Source: an uncultured Clostridia bacterium
GTDB taxonomy: Bacteria > Bacillota > Clostridia > TANB77 > CAG-508
Assembly (NCBI GenBank): GCA_947631745.1
Contig: CANRMM010000001.1
Location: 1,367 to 65,366, forward strand
Reading direction: 5' to 3'
Length of the DNA: 64,000 nucleotides
Part shown: positions 43,462 through 53,720 of the stretch, piece after piece
Layout: every line of letters begins with the position of its first letter
Numbering within the stretch: the stretch's first letter is position 1
Notes under the pieces: model-generated
Told to the model about the DNA's origin: nothing
What the model saw: the letters and a program-made list of their open reading frames with translations, nothing else
Databases searched by the model: none
Position numbers and translations under genes: made by a program

Positions 43462-43486
43462 TGTGTGTGTGTGTGTGTGTGTGTGT
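43462..43486. repeat. (TG)12 dinucleotide microsatellite.
   Basis: tgtgtgtgtgtgtgtgtgtgtgtgt, read directly. Intergenic, between divergent genes. Confidence 0.85.
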
Positions 43487-43734
43487 ACTCTCGCAATGGT
43501 TTCAGGTTTTGCCATTTTTTATTATTCCTCTTTCTTTCGTTTATACTTATTTTATACCAATAATATTAACTTTTGTCAACATTGAAATTTATAATATTTT
43601 TTACCCCTGTATACAAGATAATCCTTCTTTTCTTTACAACACTAAAAAGAATACCTTATTAAAATTATGACATTTTCAACAATATTACTATAAAATATGT
43701 TATAATAATATCATTATTTATTTTGGAGGATGTT

Positions 43735-46077
43735 ATGAACACAAAATATCTTGATACTTTAGAATATCATAAAATCATAAATCAAGTCGAAAATTTAGCC
43801 AAAACATATTGTGGTAAAGAAAAAGTTAAAAATTTATCTCCTTGCTTCTCATCAGAAACTGTTCAATATTTACTAAGTCAAACTACTGAAGCAATCAGTC
43901 TAATTTATAGAAAGTCAAATATTCCACTAGCAGAAATTCCTAATATTTCATTATGGATAAAACAATTAGAAAGCTACTCTATTTTGTCTCCTAAAGCTTT
44001 ATTAGAAATTGCTACTATTTTTAAAATTTCAAGAGAAATAAAACAATATTTTTTATCAGATGAGAATTTTGATGTTTCATCTTTCCCTATCTTATATGAC
44101 GATTTTTCTCAATTATATATAAATAAAAATATGGAAGAAAAAATATTTCATATCATAATAGATGAAAATACAATAGCTGATAATGCTTCCACTAAACTTG
44201 CTTCTTTAAGAAAGCAAAGTAAAAAATTAGAACAAGATATTAGAGATAAATTATCTTCTTTAATTCATTCATCTACTTATTCAAAATATATGATGGAAAC
44301 AATTATAACAATTCGTAACAACCGTTATGTAATTCCTGTAAAAGAAGAATATAAAAATAATGTAAAAGGTTTCATCCATGATGTGTCAAGTAGTGGCTCT
44401 ACAGTATTTATTGAACCAATTAATGTTTTCGAACTAAATAATGAAATTTCAAACATAAAAGTTGAAGAAAATAAAGAAATTGAAAGGATTTTACAAGAAC
44501 TATCAAGCGAGCTATATGAATATACTGAAAATTTAATTTCTAACATTAATATCATTGGAGAACTGGATTGTATTTTCGCAAAAGCAAATTATTCCATAAG
44601 CATAGATGGTACAATGCCTAAGATAGATAATATATCTACAAAAAATTCTCAATCTAAAGTAATTCATCTTTTACAAGCCAGACATCCATTAATTGCTAAA
44701 GATACTGTTGTACCAATCGATATATCTGTTGGAGAAAATTATACTTCTTTAGTCATTACTGGGCCTAATACTGGAGGTAAAACAGTAACTCTAAAAACCG
44801 TAGGTCTTTTACTTTTAATGGCTTATACTGGTATATATATACCTTGTAAAGAAAATAGTACCATTCATGTTTTTGATCATATCTTTGCAGACATCGGTGA
44901 TGAACAAAGTATTCAAGAATCATTAAGTACATTTTCTTCTCACATGTCAAATATTATTGAAATTACTGAAGAAGCAAATAATAATAGCTTAATTTTATTA
45001 GATGAATTAGGTTCTGGAACAGATCCTATCGAAGGTGCGAACTTAGCTATCAGTATCTTAGAATATTTTCATCAGTTAGAAACTATTACTATTTGCACAA
45101 CCCACTATCCAGAACTAAAAAATTATTGCTTACTAACAGATGGTTTTGAAAATGCAAGTAGTGAATTTGATATTGAAAAACTACAACCAACCTATAAACT
45201 ATTAATAGGAATTCCCGGTAAAAGTAATGCTTTTGCAATTAGCCAAAAATTAGGTTTGAATAAAGACATATTGCAACGTGCTAATTCTTTAATGAAAAAT
45301 GAAGATATTAGTATTGAAGAACTAATGAAAAGTATATATGATGATAAAATTGCTATTGAACGAGAAAAAGAAAAAATAGAAAAAAATTCGCATCAGCTTG
45401 AACATCTACGAAAATCTTTAGAGCAAGAAAATGAAAATGTAAAAAAACGTGAACAGGAATTAATTGAAAAAGCTAAATTAGAAGCCAGAGATATCGTTCT
45501 ATCTGCAAAAGAAGAAGTTAACGATATTATACATGAAATTAATCAATTAGAAAAAGATTATCAAAATTATGCAGACTATGTAGAAGAAAATGGATTAAAA
45601 AAAGCAAATCAGTTACGTAATCAGCTAAATAGCAAATTACAAGATATTGATACCTTAGGAAATACAGATACTAGATTAAACCTAGAAGTTTTAAAAAATC
45701 TTAACACTAAACAACAAATGAAACAAAACAAATTACCAAAAAATTCAACTCAAGGCAAGGACAAAAATAATATTAAAAGTAATAGTCATTCTAGCATCAA
45801 TTTTATAAAAAACAATAATTACAAATCTCAACATATTTCCTCTGAAATCAATGTAATTGGTATGAATGTAGATGAAGCCACTTTTCTAATTGATAAATAT
45901 TTAGATGATTGCATTATTAGTAAGCTTTCTCCTATTCGTATTGTTCATGGGAAAGGAACTGGAAAGTTAAGACAAGGTATTCATACTTATTTAAAGAAAA
46001 ATCCTCATGTTAAATCATTTCGCCTTGGCACTTTTGGTGAAGGAGAAATGGGTGTTACTGTAGTTGAATTAAAATAG
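43735..46077 (+). CDS. mutS2: Endonuclease MutS2 (MutS domain plus C-terminal Smr domain).
   Basis: Walker A GPNTGGKT. C-terminal Smr (VHGKGTGKLRQG). ATG at 43735 lies 4 nt after GGAGGA. Confidence 0.9.
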   Translation: MNTKYLDTLEYHKIINQVENLAKTYCGKEKVKNLSPCFSSETVQYLLSQTTEAISLIYRKSNIPLAEIPNISLWIKQLESYSILSPKALLEIATIFKISREIKQYFLSDENFDVSSFPILYDDFSQLYINKNMEEKIFHIIIDENTIADNASTKLASLRKQSKKLEQDIRDKLSSLIHSSTYSKYMMETIITIRNNRYVIPVKEEYKNNVKGFIHDVSSSGSTVFIEPINVFELNNEISNIKVEENKEIERILQELSSELYEYTENLISNINIIGELDCIFAKANYSISIDGTMPKIDNISTKNSQSKVIHLLQARHPLIAKDTVVPIDISVGENYTSLVITGPNTGGKTVTLKTVGLLLLMAYTGIYIPCKENSTIHVFDHIFADIGDEQSIQESLSTFSSHMSNIIEITEEANNNSLILLDELGSGTDPIEGANLAISILEYFHQLETITICTTHYPELKNYCLLTDGFENASSEFDIEKLQPTYKLLIGIPGKSNAFAISQKLGLNKDILQRANSLMKNEDISIEELMKSIYDDKIAIEREKEKIEKNSHQLEHLRKSLEQENENVKKREQELIEKAKLEARDIVLSAKEEVNDIIHEINQLEKDYQNYADYVEENGLKKANQLRNQLNSKLQDIDTLGNTDTRLNLEVLKNLNTKQQMKQNKLPKNSTQGKDKNNIKSNSHSSINFIKNNNYKSQHISSEINVIGMNVDEATFLIDKYLDDCIISKLSPIRIVHGKGTGKLRQGIHTYLKKNPHVKSFRLGTFGEGEMGVTVVELK

Positions 46078-46084
46078 TTATGTA

Positions 46085-46122
46085 AAAAAGGAATTTAGTT
46101 TTGCAAAACTAAATTCCTTTTT
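46085..46122. terminator. Bidirectional rho-independent terminator between convergent mutS2 and ORF 46127..47371.
   Basis: 19-bp perfect palindrome AAAAAGGAATTTAGTTTTG/CAAAACTAAATTCCTTTTT. Confidence 0.7.
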
Positions 46123-46126
46123 TACT

Positions 46127-47371
46127 TTATTCAGTCCATATTAAAGGATCTTCCTTTGTTCCCTCTCCTTGTACTCTATCAATAGCTGTTGGATTAACTA
46201 TAAAAATTGGTCTTAACTTATTCGTAGCCACATTGCTTCTATAAAAATTTTTATAATAAAAATTTGAATATATACTAAAGCCAGCAATCGTCTCCGGATT
46301 ATAGGTTCTACTTAGAAAATATTCAAGGCCATAATATTCACCTGCACCAGACGTCTTTTGTGCTCTAGAAGACACCCAATAATTTGATTTACTAGTTGTA
46401 TCGAAAATATCAACTCCCAATGATTTCATATTTTGCATCTGTAAAAAATCAATATTAGAATTGCTATCTACATCTTTAATCATTGTATCACCAACTGTCC
46501 ACTTTCCTGAAGTTGCTTTTTCTGCTAAATTTACTAAATCTTTTGATTCAGAATATGGATCATTTGGCACACTTCCTACACATCTTGCACTAGTTACATA
46601 CATATTATTACTTTCATTTACATATTTTTTTGCCTCATTATTCAATGTTTCTATAGCACTATTATATGATTCTACTGCTAATTGCATTTGTTCTGAAGTT
46701 CCACCCTGAGTTAAATCACAATCATTTCCAATCCCAATGTTTTCTCCTACTACATCTGTTGCTATCATTTGTATTCCATAATTAGTTTTATTTGTTTTAT
46801 TATATTCTTCGTCATACATTACTACGCACTCTATTGTTGTACCATTATATGGCAATTGCACATATTTTCCTACTTTGAATTCACTTGCAGTTTGAGGCAA
46901 ATCTTTTTTCTTATCTCCTTCTAGCACTCCCAAGTTTCTAGGTCCACTTTCTCCATAATAATTTACACTATATGTCTTATCTCCATTTGCTTCTACGGTT
47001 TCTTCTAATTTATATACATCATTTTGGTCATCTGTTCCATTTCCTAATGCTAACTTTGCTCCTGCTAATGCTACTGTGTTTATTTTATATCCTCCATTAC
47101 TGGTCTGTTCTGTTCCTATTATTTCTTTTTCTTGTAAATATGATATTAAATCTTTTTTCTCATTTGCTACTTTCCCTGCCCAGTAATCTGAGTATGCCAT
47201 CTCCATTCTTTCCCATACTGTTGCATGTGTATATTCTACTTCTCCTTTTTCTGTACTTGAAATTAACCCATTTTCTCCAAACACCGCATTAATACTTATT
47301 ACTGCCAAAATTATTAATATCACTATTGTTACAACTAATGCTACTAAGGTTATTCCTTTTTCTCTTTTCAT
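46127..47371 (-). CDS. Secreted protein with prepilin-like N-terminus, paralog of 41358..43232 with an unrelated C-terminal region.
   Basis: 414 aa. MKREKG|ITLVALVVTIVILIILAVISINAVFGENGLISS... RBS AGGAGGA immediately downstream of ppiB. Confidence 0.6.
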   Translation of the reverse strand: MKREKGITLVALVVTIVILIILAVISINAVFGENGLISSTEKGEVEYTHATVWERMEMAYSDYWAGKVANEKKDLISYLQEKEIIGTEQTSNGGYKINTVALAGAKLALGNGTDDQNDVYKLEETVEANGDKTYSVNYYGESGPRNLGVLEGDKKKDLPQTASEFKVGKYVQLPYNGTTIECVVMYDEEYNKTNKTNYGIQMIATDVVGENIGIGNDCDLTQGGTSEQMQLAVESYNSAIETLNNEAKKYVNESNNMYVTSARCVGSVPNDPYSESKDLVNLAEKATSGKWTVGDTMIKDVDSNSNIDFLQMQNMKSLGVDIFDTTSKSNYWVSSRAQKTSGAGEYYGLEYFLSRTYNPETIAGFSIYSNFYYKNFYRSNVATNKLRPIFIVNPTAIDRVQGEGTKEDPLIWTE

Positions 47372-47388
47372 TTGTTATCCTCCTATTT

Positions 47389-48213
47389 TTAATATGACAC
47401 TGTCATATATTGTTGCATCATTTGTTGATACCATGCATTAACATCAAATGGCTCTATTGTTTCTGGAACACCATAATCTATACCATATGTTTCTACAGAT
47501 ATACTTTCAATAACAACATCTTTTTTAGGTTTATCAGATGGAATTTCATTTCCATCATCATCTTTTGGAGCTTCCTCACCCTCTTTTAAATCTTCACTTC
47601 TATAATAAACCTCTACATTTTGAATTTTTTCAATAATATCATATCCTTCAATAACTTTACCAAATCCTGCATAGTTACCATTTAAAAAGTCATCATCTGC
47701 TGTTGTAATAAAGAATTGTGAACCTGCTGAATTGTATCCCTCTTCCGCTAAACTAGTACTTATTGTATTTCCATAATCACCTCTTGCCATTGAAATAACA
47801 CCTTTTTCATGTCTTAGTGTATTTTGAAAATCATTAGCAATAAATTCACCTTTTATATTATATTCTCTATCATCTGCCACATTATCCATAATATCACTTA
47901 GTTTTGGAGAATCATCTCCATTTCCATTTTTCGAACCTCCTTGAATCATAAAATCCGGAATAGTTCTATGGAAAGTTAATCCATCATAATATCCTCTGTT
48001 AGCTAAACGAATAAAATTAGCTACTGTATTTGGTGCCATTTCTGGATACAATTCTATTTTTACTGTACCATAATCCTTTATTTCCATAGTAGCAATTGGA
48101 TGAGGCACATTTAAAGTTGCTTTCTGTACAATTCCATACGTTACAAATCCAATTCCTCCTAATACCAATATAATTGCAATTACTAATATAACTGTTATGA
48201 TTTTCTTTTTCAT
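47389..48213 (-). CDS. ppiB: Membrane-anchored cyclophilin-type peptidyl-prolyl cis-trans isomerase.
   Basis: N-terminal TM helix. Cyclophilin motifs FHRTIPDFMIQGG and FFITT. Confidence 0.85.
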   Translation of the reverse strand: MKKKIITVILVIAIILVLGGIGFVTYGIVQKATLNVPHPIATMEIKDYGTVKIELYPEMAPNTVANFIRLANRGYYDGLTFHRTIPDFMIQGGSKNGNGDDSPKLSDIMDNVADDREYNIKGEFIANDFQNTLRHEKGVISMARGDYGNTISTSLAEEGYNSAGSQFFITTADDDFLNGNYAGFGKVIEGYDIIEKIQNVEVYYRSEDLKEGEEAPKDDDGNEIPSDKPKKDVVIESISVETYGIDYGVPETIEPFDVNAWYQQMMQQYMTVSY

Positions 48214-48235
48214 TTTCTTACCTCTTTCTTTATTA

Positions 48236-49312
48236 TTATAACATTAAATTATCAAATACAAACTGTTCTTGCATTCTTTTTAATGACTGCTTAATTGTCC
48301 TTGCTCTTACTTCTCCAATTCCTTCAACCTCATCCAATTGTGGAATATCAGCAATTAAAATATGTTGAAAAGACTTAAATGATTTTACTAAATTTTCCAC
48401 AATATTACTTGGCATCCTTGGAATCTTACTAAGAACACGATAACCTTTTGTATATACTCCTACTTCATCATAATTATCAAAAGCTTCATAGCCTAATAAA
48501 TTAGCTATTTTATCTGCCTTCATTAGTTCCTCTGGTGTCAGTTTATTAATTTCCTCTAACACCTTTTCAGAAGAGCGTTTTTTGCCTGGAGCAATATAGT
48601 CTTTTATAATCAGCAGTTCTTCTTTTTCTAAATCTCCTACCAATTCATCCAGTTGCATTTCCAAAAGCCTTCCTTCTTCCCCAAGTTCATCGATTGCCCT
48701 ATTAACCTCTTCTACAACCTTCATTACCATTTCTGCTCTTTGAATCGCAATCAAAACATTTTCTAAAGTAACAATATCATTAAATTCATATTCATTTAAA
48801 ATATTTAATTTACTATCAAAAACCTTTTTATACTTTTCAACAGTCTGTAATGCTTGATTTGCCTTTGAAACAACAGCATCAGATTCTTTCAAAACATATC
48901 TTGCATTTCCTCTAAAAATAGTAATCATTCCTCTTCTTTGAGAAATACTAATGACTAATGCTCCTGTTTGCTTTGCAGTACGCTCTGCAGTTCTATGCCT
49001 TGTACCTGTTTCTGTTGTTGAAATTTCTGATGAAGGAATTAATTGTGCATTCGCATAAAGAATTTTTTTCAGATCAGAACTTAAGATAATTGCTCCATCC
49101 ATTTTAGCTAATTCATATAATCGAGAAGACGTATATTCTACATCTAATTTAAAGCCACCATCAACTAAGTCCAAAACTTCTTTTGTATCTCCAATTGTAA
49201 TTAATGCTCCTGTCTTAGCTTTTAAGATATTCTCTAATCCATTTCGAATAGGGGTCCCTGGTGCAATTAATTTCAATGCTTCTGTGATAGAATCATCTTT
49301 ACCGACTGCCAA
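48236..49312 (-). CDS. disA: DNA integrity scanning protein DisA (diadenylate cyclase).
   Basis: 358 aa, DAC domain (DGAIIL...TGTRHR) with a C-terminal HhH region. Adjacent to radA. Confidence 0.85.
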   Translation of the reverse strand: MAVGKDDSITEALKLIAPGTPIRNGLENILKAKTGALITIGDTKEVLDLVDGGFKLDVEYTSSRLYELAKMDGAIILSSDLKKILYANAQLIPSSEISTTETGTRHRTAERTAKQTGALVISISQRRGMITIFRGNARYVLKESDAVVSKANQALQTVEKYKKVFDSKLNILNEYEFNDIVTLENVLIAIQRAEMVMKVVEEVNRAIDELGEEGRLLEMQLDELVGDLEKEELLIIKDYIAPGKKRSSEKVLEEINKLTPEELMKADKIANLLGYEAFDNYDEVGVYTKGYRVLSKIPRMPSNIVENLVKSFKSFQHILIADIPQLDEVEGIGEVRARTIKQSLKRMQEQFVFDNLML

Positions 49313-49325
49313 CTTTGTTCACTCC

Positions 49326-50690
49326 TTATCTAATTCCGAGCGTTCTCATCGCCTCATTAATATTTCTAACGCCTATTATATCTAATTTATAATCATCTTT
49401 CAATAGTTTTTTATTACTTTCTGGTATAATACATTTTTTAAACCCTAATTTTTCCGCTTCTTTAATTCTTTTTTCAATCATATTAACAGCTCTAACCTCT
49501 CCTGTTAAGCCAACTTCACCAATCGCTACTACTTCTTTTGGAATACTAACATTTTTATAACTAGAGCCACAAGCCAAGATAACTCCTAAATCAACCGCAG
49601 GTTCCACAATACGAATACCACTAACAACATTTAAATAAACGTCTTGTCCTCCTAGAGCTAACCCTGCCTTTTTTTCCAAAACTGCAATTAAAACTGCCAA
49701 ACGGTTATAGTCAAAACCATTTGCTGTCCTTTTAGGAATACCAAATACACTTGTTGCAGTTAAAGCTTGTAATTCTATTAAAAGTGGTCTTGTTCCTTCC
49801 ATACTTGCTACAACAACTGACCCTGCGGGATTATCCTCCCTCTCTGAAATCAAAATAGAAGATGGATTCGTAATTTCTACCATACCTTCATTTTTCATTT
49901 CAAACATACCTAATTCATTAGTTGAACCAAATCTATTCTTAACACTTCTTAACATTCTATAAGAAAAATAGCGTTCTCCTTCTATATACAAAACAGTATC
50001 AACCATGTGCTCTAAAACTCTTGGTCCAGCAATATTTCCATCTTTTGTAACATGACCAATAATAATTGTCGTAATATTATTATCCTTGCAAATACGCATA
50101 ATTCTTGCTGTAATCTCTCTTACCTGACTAACTGTACCAGCAGCAGAAGTTATCTCTTCTGAATACATTGTTTGAATAGAATCAATAATAACTAACTTAG
50201 GCTGAACTGATAAAATTGCCTCCTGAATAGCATCTATATCTGTTTCTCCTAAAAACATAATATCATCATTATTAATTCCTAAACGGTCAGCTCTAATTTT
50301 AACTTGCTCTGCCGACTCCTCTCCAGAAACATACAGAACTTTTCCTTCTCCTTGAATTTTATCACAAAGTTGAAGAATTAAAGTAGACTTACCAATACCA
50401 GGTTCTCCACCAACTAATACAAGAGAACCTTTCACTAGTCCACCACCTAAGACTCTATCCAATTCTCCAATACCAGTACTAATGCGAGAAGTATAAATTC
50501 CCTCTACATCTTTCAGCTTTCTTGGCAACACATTTTTCTGCTTACCACTAGGATTATTTGTAGATACCGTATTATTAACCTTCTCTTCATAAAAACTATT
50601 CCATTCATTACATGCAGGACACTTTCCCAGCCATTTAGCCGACTCATATCCACAATTTCCACACACAAACACCGTCTTTACCTTCGCCAT
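49326..50690 (-). CDS. radA: DNA repair protein RadA/Sms.
   Basis: N-terminal Zn ribbon CGNCGYESAKWLGKCPAC, Walker A GEPGIGKST, Lon-like C-terminus. Confidence 0.9.
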   Translation of the reverse strand: MAKVKTVFVCGNCGYESAKWLGKCPACNEWNSFYEEKVNNTVSTNNPSGKQKNVLPRKLKDVEGIYTSRISTGIGELDRVLGGGLVKGSLVLVGGEPGIGKSTLILQLCDKIQGEGKVLYVSGEESAEQVKIRADRLGINNDDIMFLGETDIDAIQEAILSVQPKLVIIDSIQTMYSEEITSAAGTVSQVREITARIMRICKDNNITTIIIGHVTKDGNIAGPRVLEHMVDTVLYIEGERYFSYRMLRSVKNRFGSTNELGMFEMKNEGMVEITNPSSILISEREDNPAGSVVVASMEGTRPLLIELQALTATSVFGIPKRTANGFDYNRLAVLIAVLEKKAGLALGGQDVYLNVVSGIRIVEPAVDLGVILACGSSYKNVSIPKEVVAIGEVGLTGEVRAVNMIEKRIKEAEKLGFKKCIIPESNKKLLKDDYKLDIIGVRNINEAMRTLGIR

Positions 50691-50702
50691 TTTTCCTCCT
50701 TC

Positions 50703-51783
50703 TTGTCACTTTGTCACTTTGGGGACGTTCCTTTTTGTGACACTTTTGTCACTTGTGGGACACTCCTTCATTCTTTAGATATCGCTCTATATATCATCCT
50801 TTTATTAATACCTAAAATTCTAGCTAGTTGTTCTCTATAAATGCCATCTATTTTACTAGCCTCTTTAATAATTTTATCCCTATACTCTGGCTTGTACCTT
50901 TGTATACTTAGTAAATTATCTATATGTAATTTTCTTCTAATTTCTACTATTGCTTCTTCATCATTTAGTCTAGTTATATTTTCAAATTCTTTTTCATCAT
51001 ATTGTTCTTCAATATTACTCATATTATAGTTTTTCCATAGTTCGATTGCTCTTTGCCTATCCAAACTAAAAATAGATAAAATAAATTCAATATCTGTGAT
51101 TTTTTTATTTCCTACATATTCCTGATAACTGCTCCATTGATATGAACTCATTTCACCTATCCCATCTTTTTGAGGATTTCGATGAATATATCTCTGTACA
51201 TTTAACAAGTAGCTCTCACTTTCAACACTTTTGCTATTAAATCTATTAAAAAAAAGATGACCAATCCTATCATATTTTTTATTAAAATATACTGCATAAG
51301 ACGTCGCTAAGCTTTGCATAATTTTAGAAAGCATATTTTCATTATCTTTTATGAGCATATGAACATGATTACCCATTAAAACATAAGCATATAATTGATA
51401 TTTATATTTATCTTTTGTATCTATAATTTTTTCTATAAACTTTTCTCTATCGTCATTATCAAAAAATATTTCTTGACTATTAATTCCTCTGATAATAACA
51501 TGATACACATTTGTAAAAGATTTTTTACTTTTTCTTGAACTACGAGGCATTATACCACCTTTCCTTTCTTTAAGGTTGAATGCCCCCGTATTCAACTTTT
51601 ACATAAATAAAAATATAGCATAAATTTCACAATCATGCTATATTTTTCACAAAATTTATATATATATTTCAAATATATTTCAAATTTTATAATTAATATT
51701 ATTAAGAGTGTCCCCAAAGTGACAGTTTTGTCACTAAAAAGAACGTCCCCAAAGTGACAAAGTGACAACTAAAGTGACAAAAG
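50703..51783 (-). mobile_element. IS200/RAYT-like unit: Y1 HUH transposase gene flanked by inverted copies of the REP-like repeat.
   Basis: Repeat copy 3 (50703-50766, reverse) and copy 4 (51706-51783, forward) bracket ORF 50768..51550. Confidence 0.6.
50768..51550 (-). CDS. Y1 HUH transposase, IS200/IS605-TnpA / REP-associated tyrosine transposase-like, with a C-terminal HTH extension.
   Basis: NVYHVIIRG..., HUH motif GNHVHMLI, catalytic-Tyr motif RYIHRNP. Start taken at MPRSSRK (ATG 51550) after GGAAAGGTGG. Confidence 0.7.
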   Translation of the reverse strand: MPRSSRKSKKSFTNVYHVIIRGINSQEIFFDNDDREKFIEKIIDTKDKYKYQLYAYVLMGNHVHMLIKDNENMLSKIMQSLATSYAVYFNKKYDRIGHLFFNRFNSKSVESESYLLNVQRYIHRNPQKDGIGEMSSYQWSSYQEYVGNKKITDIEFILSIFSLDRQRAIELWKNYNMSNIEEQYDEKEFENITRLNDEEAIVEIRRKLHIDNLLSIQRYKPEYRDKIIKEASKIDGIYREQLARILGINKRMIYRAISKE

Positions 51784-53703
51784 AAACATTGCGTGAGACC
51801 ATGCAAGACCATTTACCCATGATGGAGTCATAGTATTGTTGTCAATTTGTTCTGATAGAAATCCATGCTCATTAGCACTATTTATAACAAAATCTATGCA
51901 TTCCTTAGCTTTCTGTCTTTCTCTATTAGCTTGATAATACATTGCCATCCATAAAGTTGCTATTGGCCAAGGGTCTTTTCCTCCACGATAGTTATCTCCT
52001 TCAAATCTTAAATATCCCCCTGTATAAGTACGCAATGTCATATTAATTCTTTCTACCGTATTTAGTACTTTCTTTTCTTTTGCTCCAAATAATCTAAATG
52101 GTACAACTGTTGCAAGCATACTAATATCTGTTCTTTGATCCTTGCAATTTCTATACAAGCATTTTAATTTTTCATCATACATATTTTTGGATATATATTT
52201 TTTTATTTCTTCTTGATATTTCTCCATTTTAGTTTTTAATTTACTAATTGCTTCTAATTTTAATCTATTATCTTGATATTCTCCTTCTACTTTTTCATAA
52301 ATATTGAGCATCGCTTGAAATGCTGCATAAATACTAGCTAAAGAGTATAAATGAACTCCTTCTTCCATTTCCCACAAGTCGTAACTATCTGGTAGCTTAT
52401 TTCTTTCTTCTGTATGATATGTCATCTCAATTTCATTTTTTACCACATCACTTTTATCATGAATTCCCATAATGTTTTCAATATAAATACATAAGAATTT
52501 TGATGCATTTTCACACATTTTTAATGTATCTTTTAAGAATTTTACGTCATTTATTTCTTGATAATGCTCATATATTCCATAAATAACACTAGCGGTTTCA
52601 TCAATCTGATATCCCCAGCAAGGTGCTAACTTTCCATCTGTATAAAATCTTTGTTCCCACATTCCATTTTTATTTTGAGTATTCTTACAAAATATCTTAT
52701 AGAACTTTTCCGTTTCCTTATACATTTTTATTTTATCTAATCCTTTTGTAACAAACACTGCATCACGTGGCCAGCAATAGGCATACCTGCCACTTTGTTC
52801 TCTATCTTCATCTACTTCAACAGCAGCTGAGATTCCACCAGTATTGCTATTAATTAAAAGTGGAAATAGTAAAATACTTCTTTTATAAATTTTATTATAT
52901 TTTCTATTGTAATCGGTTGTTTCTGCTTTCAATTCTATGTTAATATGGTCTTTCACATATTTTTTCCAGTATTTTTCTACACTTAATTGTTCTTTAGCAA
53001 CATCCATTTTTCGAATATTGCTTACTTGTGCCATGATTTTTTCTCCGTTATTAACTTCTGAAGTAGATATGTATAAAAAGATGTCTAATTCTTTCTTTTC
53101 CCCTGGTCTAAGAAGACCTACATCATAGCTTACACTAGAGTCAGCACTCATTCCTATGTAATCTTTATCTTGGATTACACCACTACCAATACTAGTCTCT
53201 GAATCATTTAACTGATGACTCAAAACATTTCCCTTTGAGAAAATACACATTGTAGATTGATGACTATATTGTTCTAGTACTCCCTCACTCATCTTTGATC
53301 CTACCATATTGTTATAATCAGACAACAATTTAGAATGTACCAAAAAATTAACATTTAAATCAATAGTATTATGATTTTCAAATATATACCTTTTTATCAA
53401 TACATCCTCTTTTAAAGAAACAAAATCTATTTGCTGCACTTTTAATTCAAAATATGTATTTTCAATCTCTGTATGTAATACATTTGTATCCTCTGTATAA
53501 TATTGCTGATATCGATTATTTTGATCCTCATGTAAATAGATCATACAAGAATCATTAATTTTTACTCCTGTATAAAAATAGTCTATAAACTGTCTATAAT
53601 CTGGTGTATCATACATAAGTCTTAGCAATTCTCCATTTCTAGTATAACTAGCCGTAATATTTTTACCACCAATAATGGCATCGTTCATATATTTCTTCTT
53701 CAT
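51769..53703 (-). CDS. Glycoside hydrolase, GH15 (glucoamylase)-like (alpha/alpha)6-barrel family (tentative).
   Basis: 644 aa with a WPRDA-type motif. The last 6 codons and the stop lie within REP-like copy 4. Confidence 0.45.
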   Translation of the reverse strand: MKKKYMNDAIIGGKNITASYTRNGELLRLMYDTPDYRQFIDYFYTGVKINDSCMIYLHEDQNNRYQQYYTEDTNVLHTEIENTYFELKVQQIDFVSLKEDVLIKRYIFENHNTIDLNVNFLVHSKLLSDYNNMVGSKMSEGVLEQYSHQSTMCIFSKGNVLSHQLNDSETSIGSGVIQDKDYIGMSADSSVSYDVGLLRPGEKKELDIFLYISTSEVNNGEKIMAQVSNIRKMDVAKEQLSVEKYWKKYVKDHINIELKAETTDYNRKYNKIYKRSILLFPLLINSNTGGISAAVEVDEDREQSGRYAYCWPRDAVFVTKGLDKIKMYKETEKFYKIFCKNTQNKNGMWEQRFYTDGKLAPCWGYQIDETASVIYGIYEHYQEINDVKFLKDTLKMCENASKFLCIYIENIMGIHDKSDVVKNEIEMTYHTEERNKLPDSYDLWEMEEGVHLYSLASIYAAFQAMLNIYEKVEGEYQDNRLKLEAISKLKTKMEKYQEEIKKYISKNMYDEKLKCLYRNCKDQRTDISMLATVVPFRLFGAKEKKVLNTVERINMTLRTYTGGYLRFEGDNYRGGKDPWPIATLWMAMYYQANRERQKAKECIDFVINSANEHGFLSEQIDNNTMTPSWVNGLAWSHAMFLLSL

Positions 53704-53720
53704 TAGTTTCCCCCTACTTG

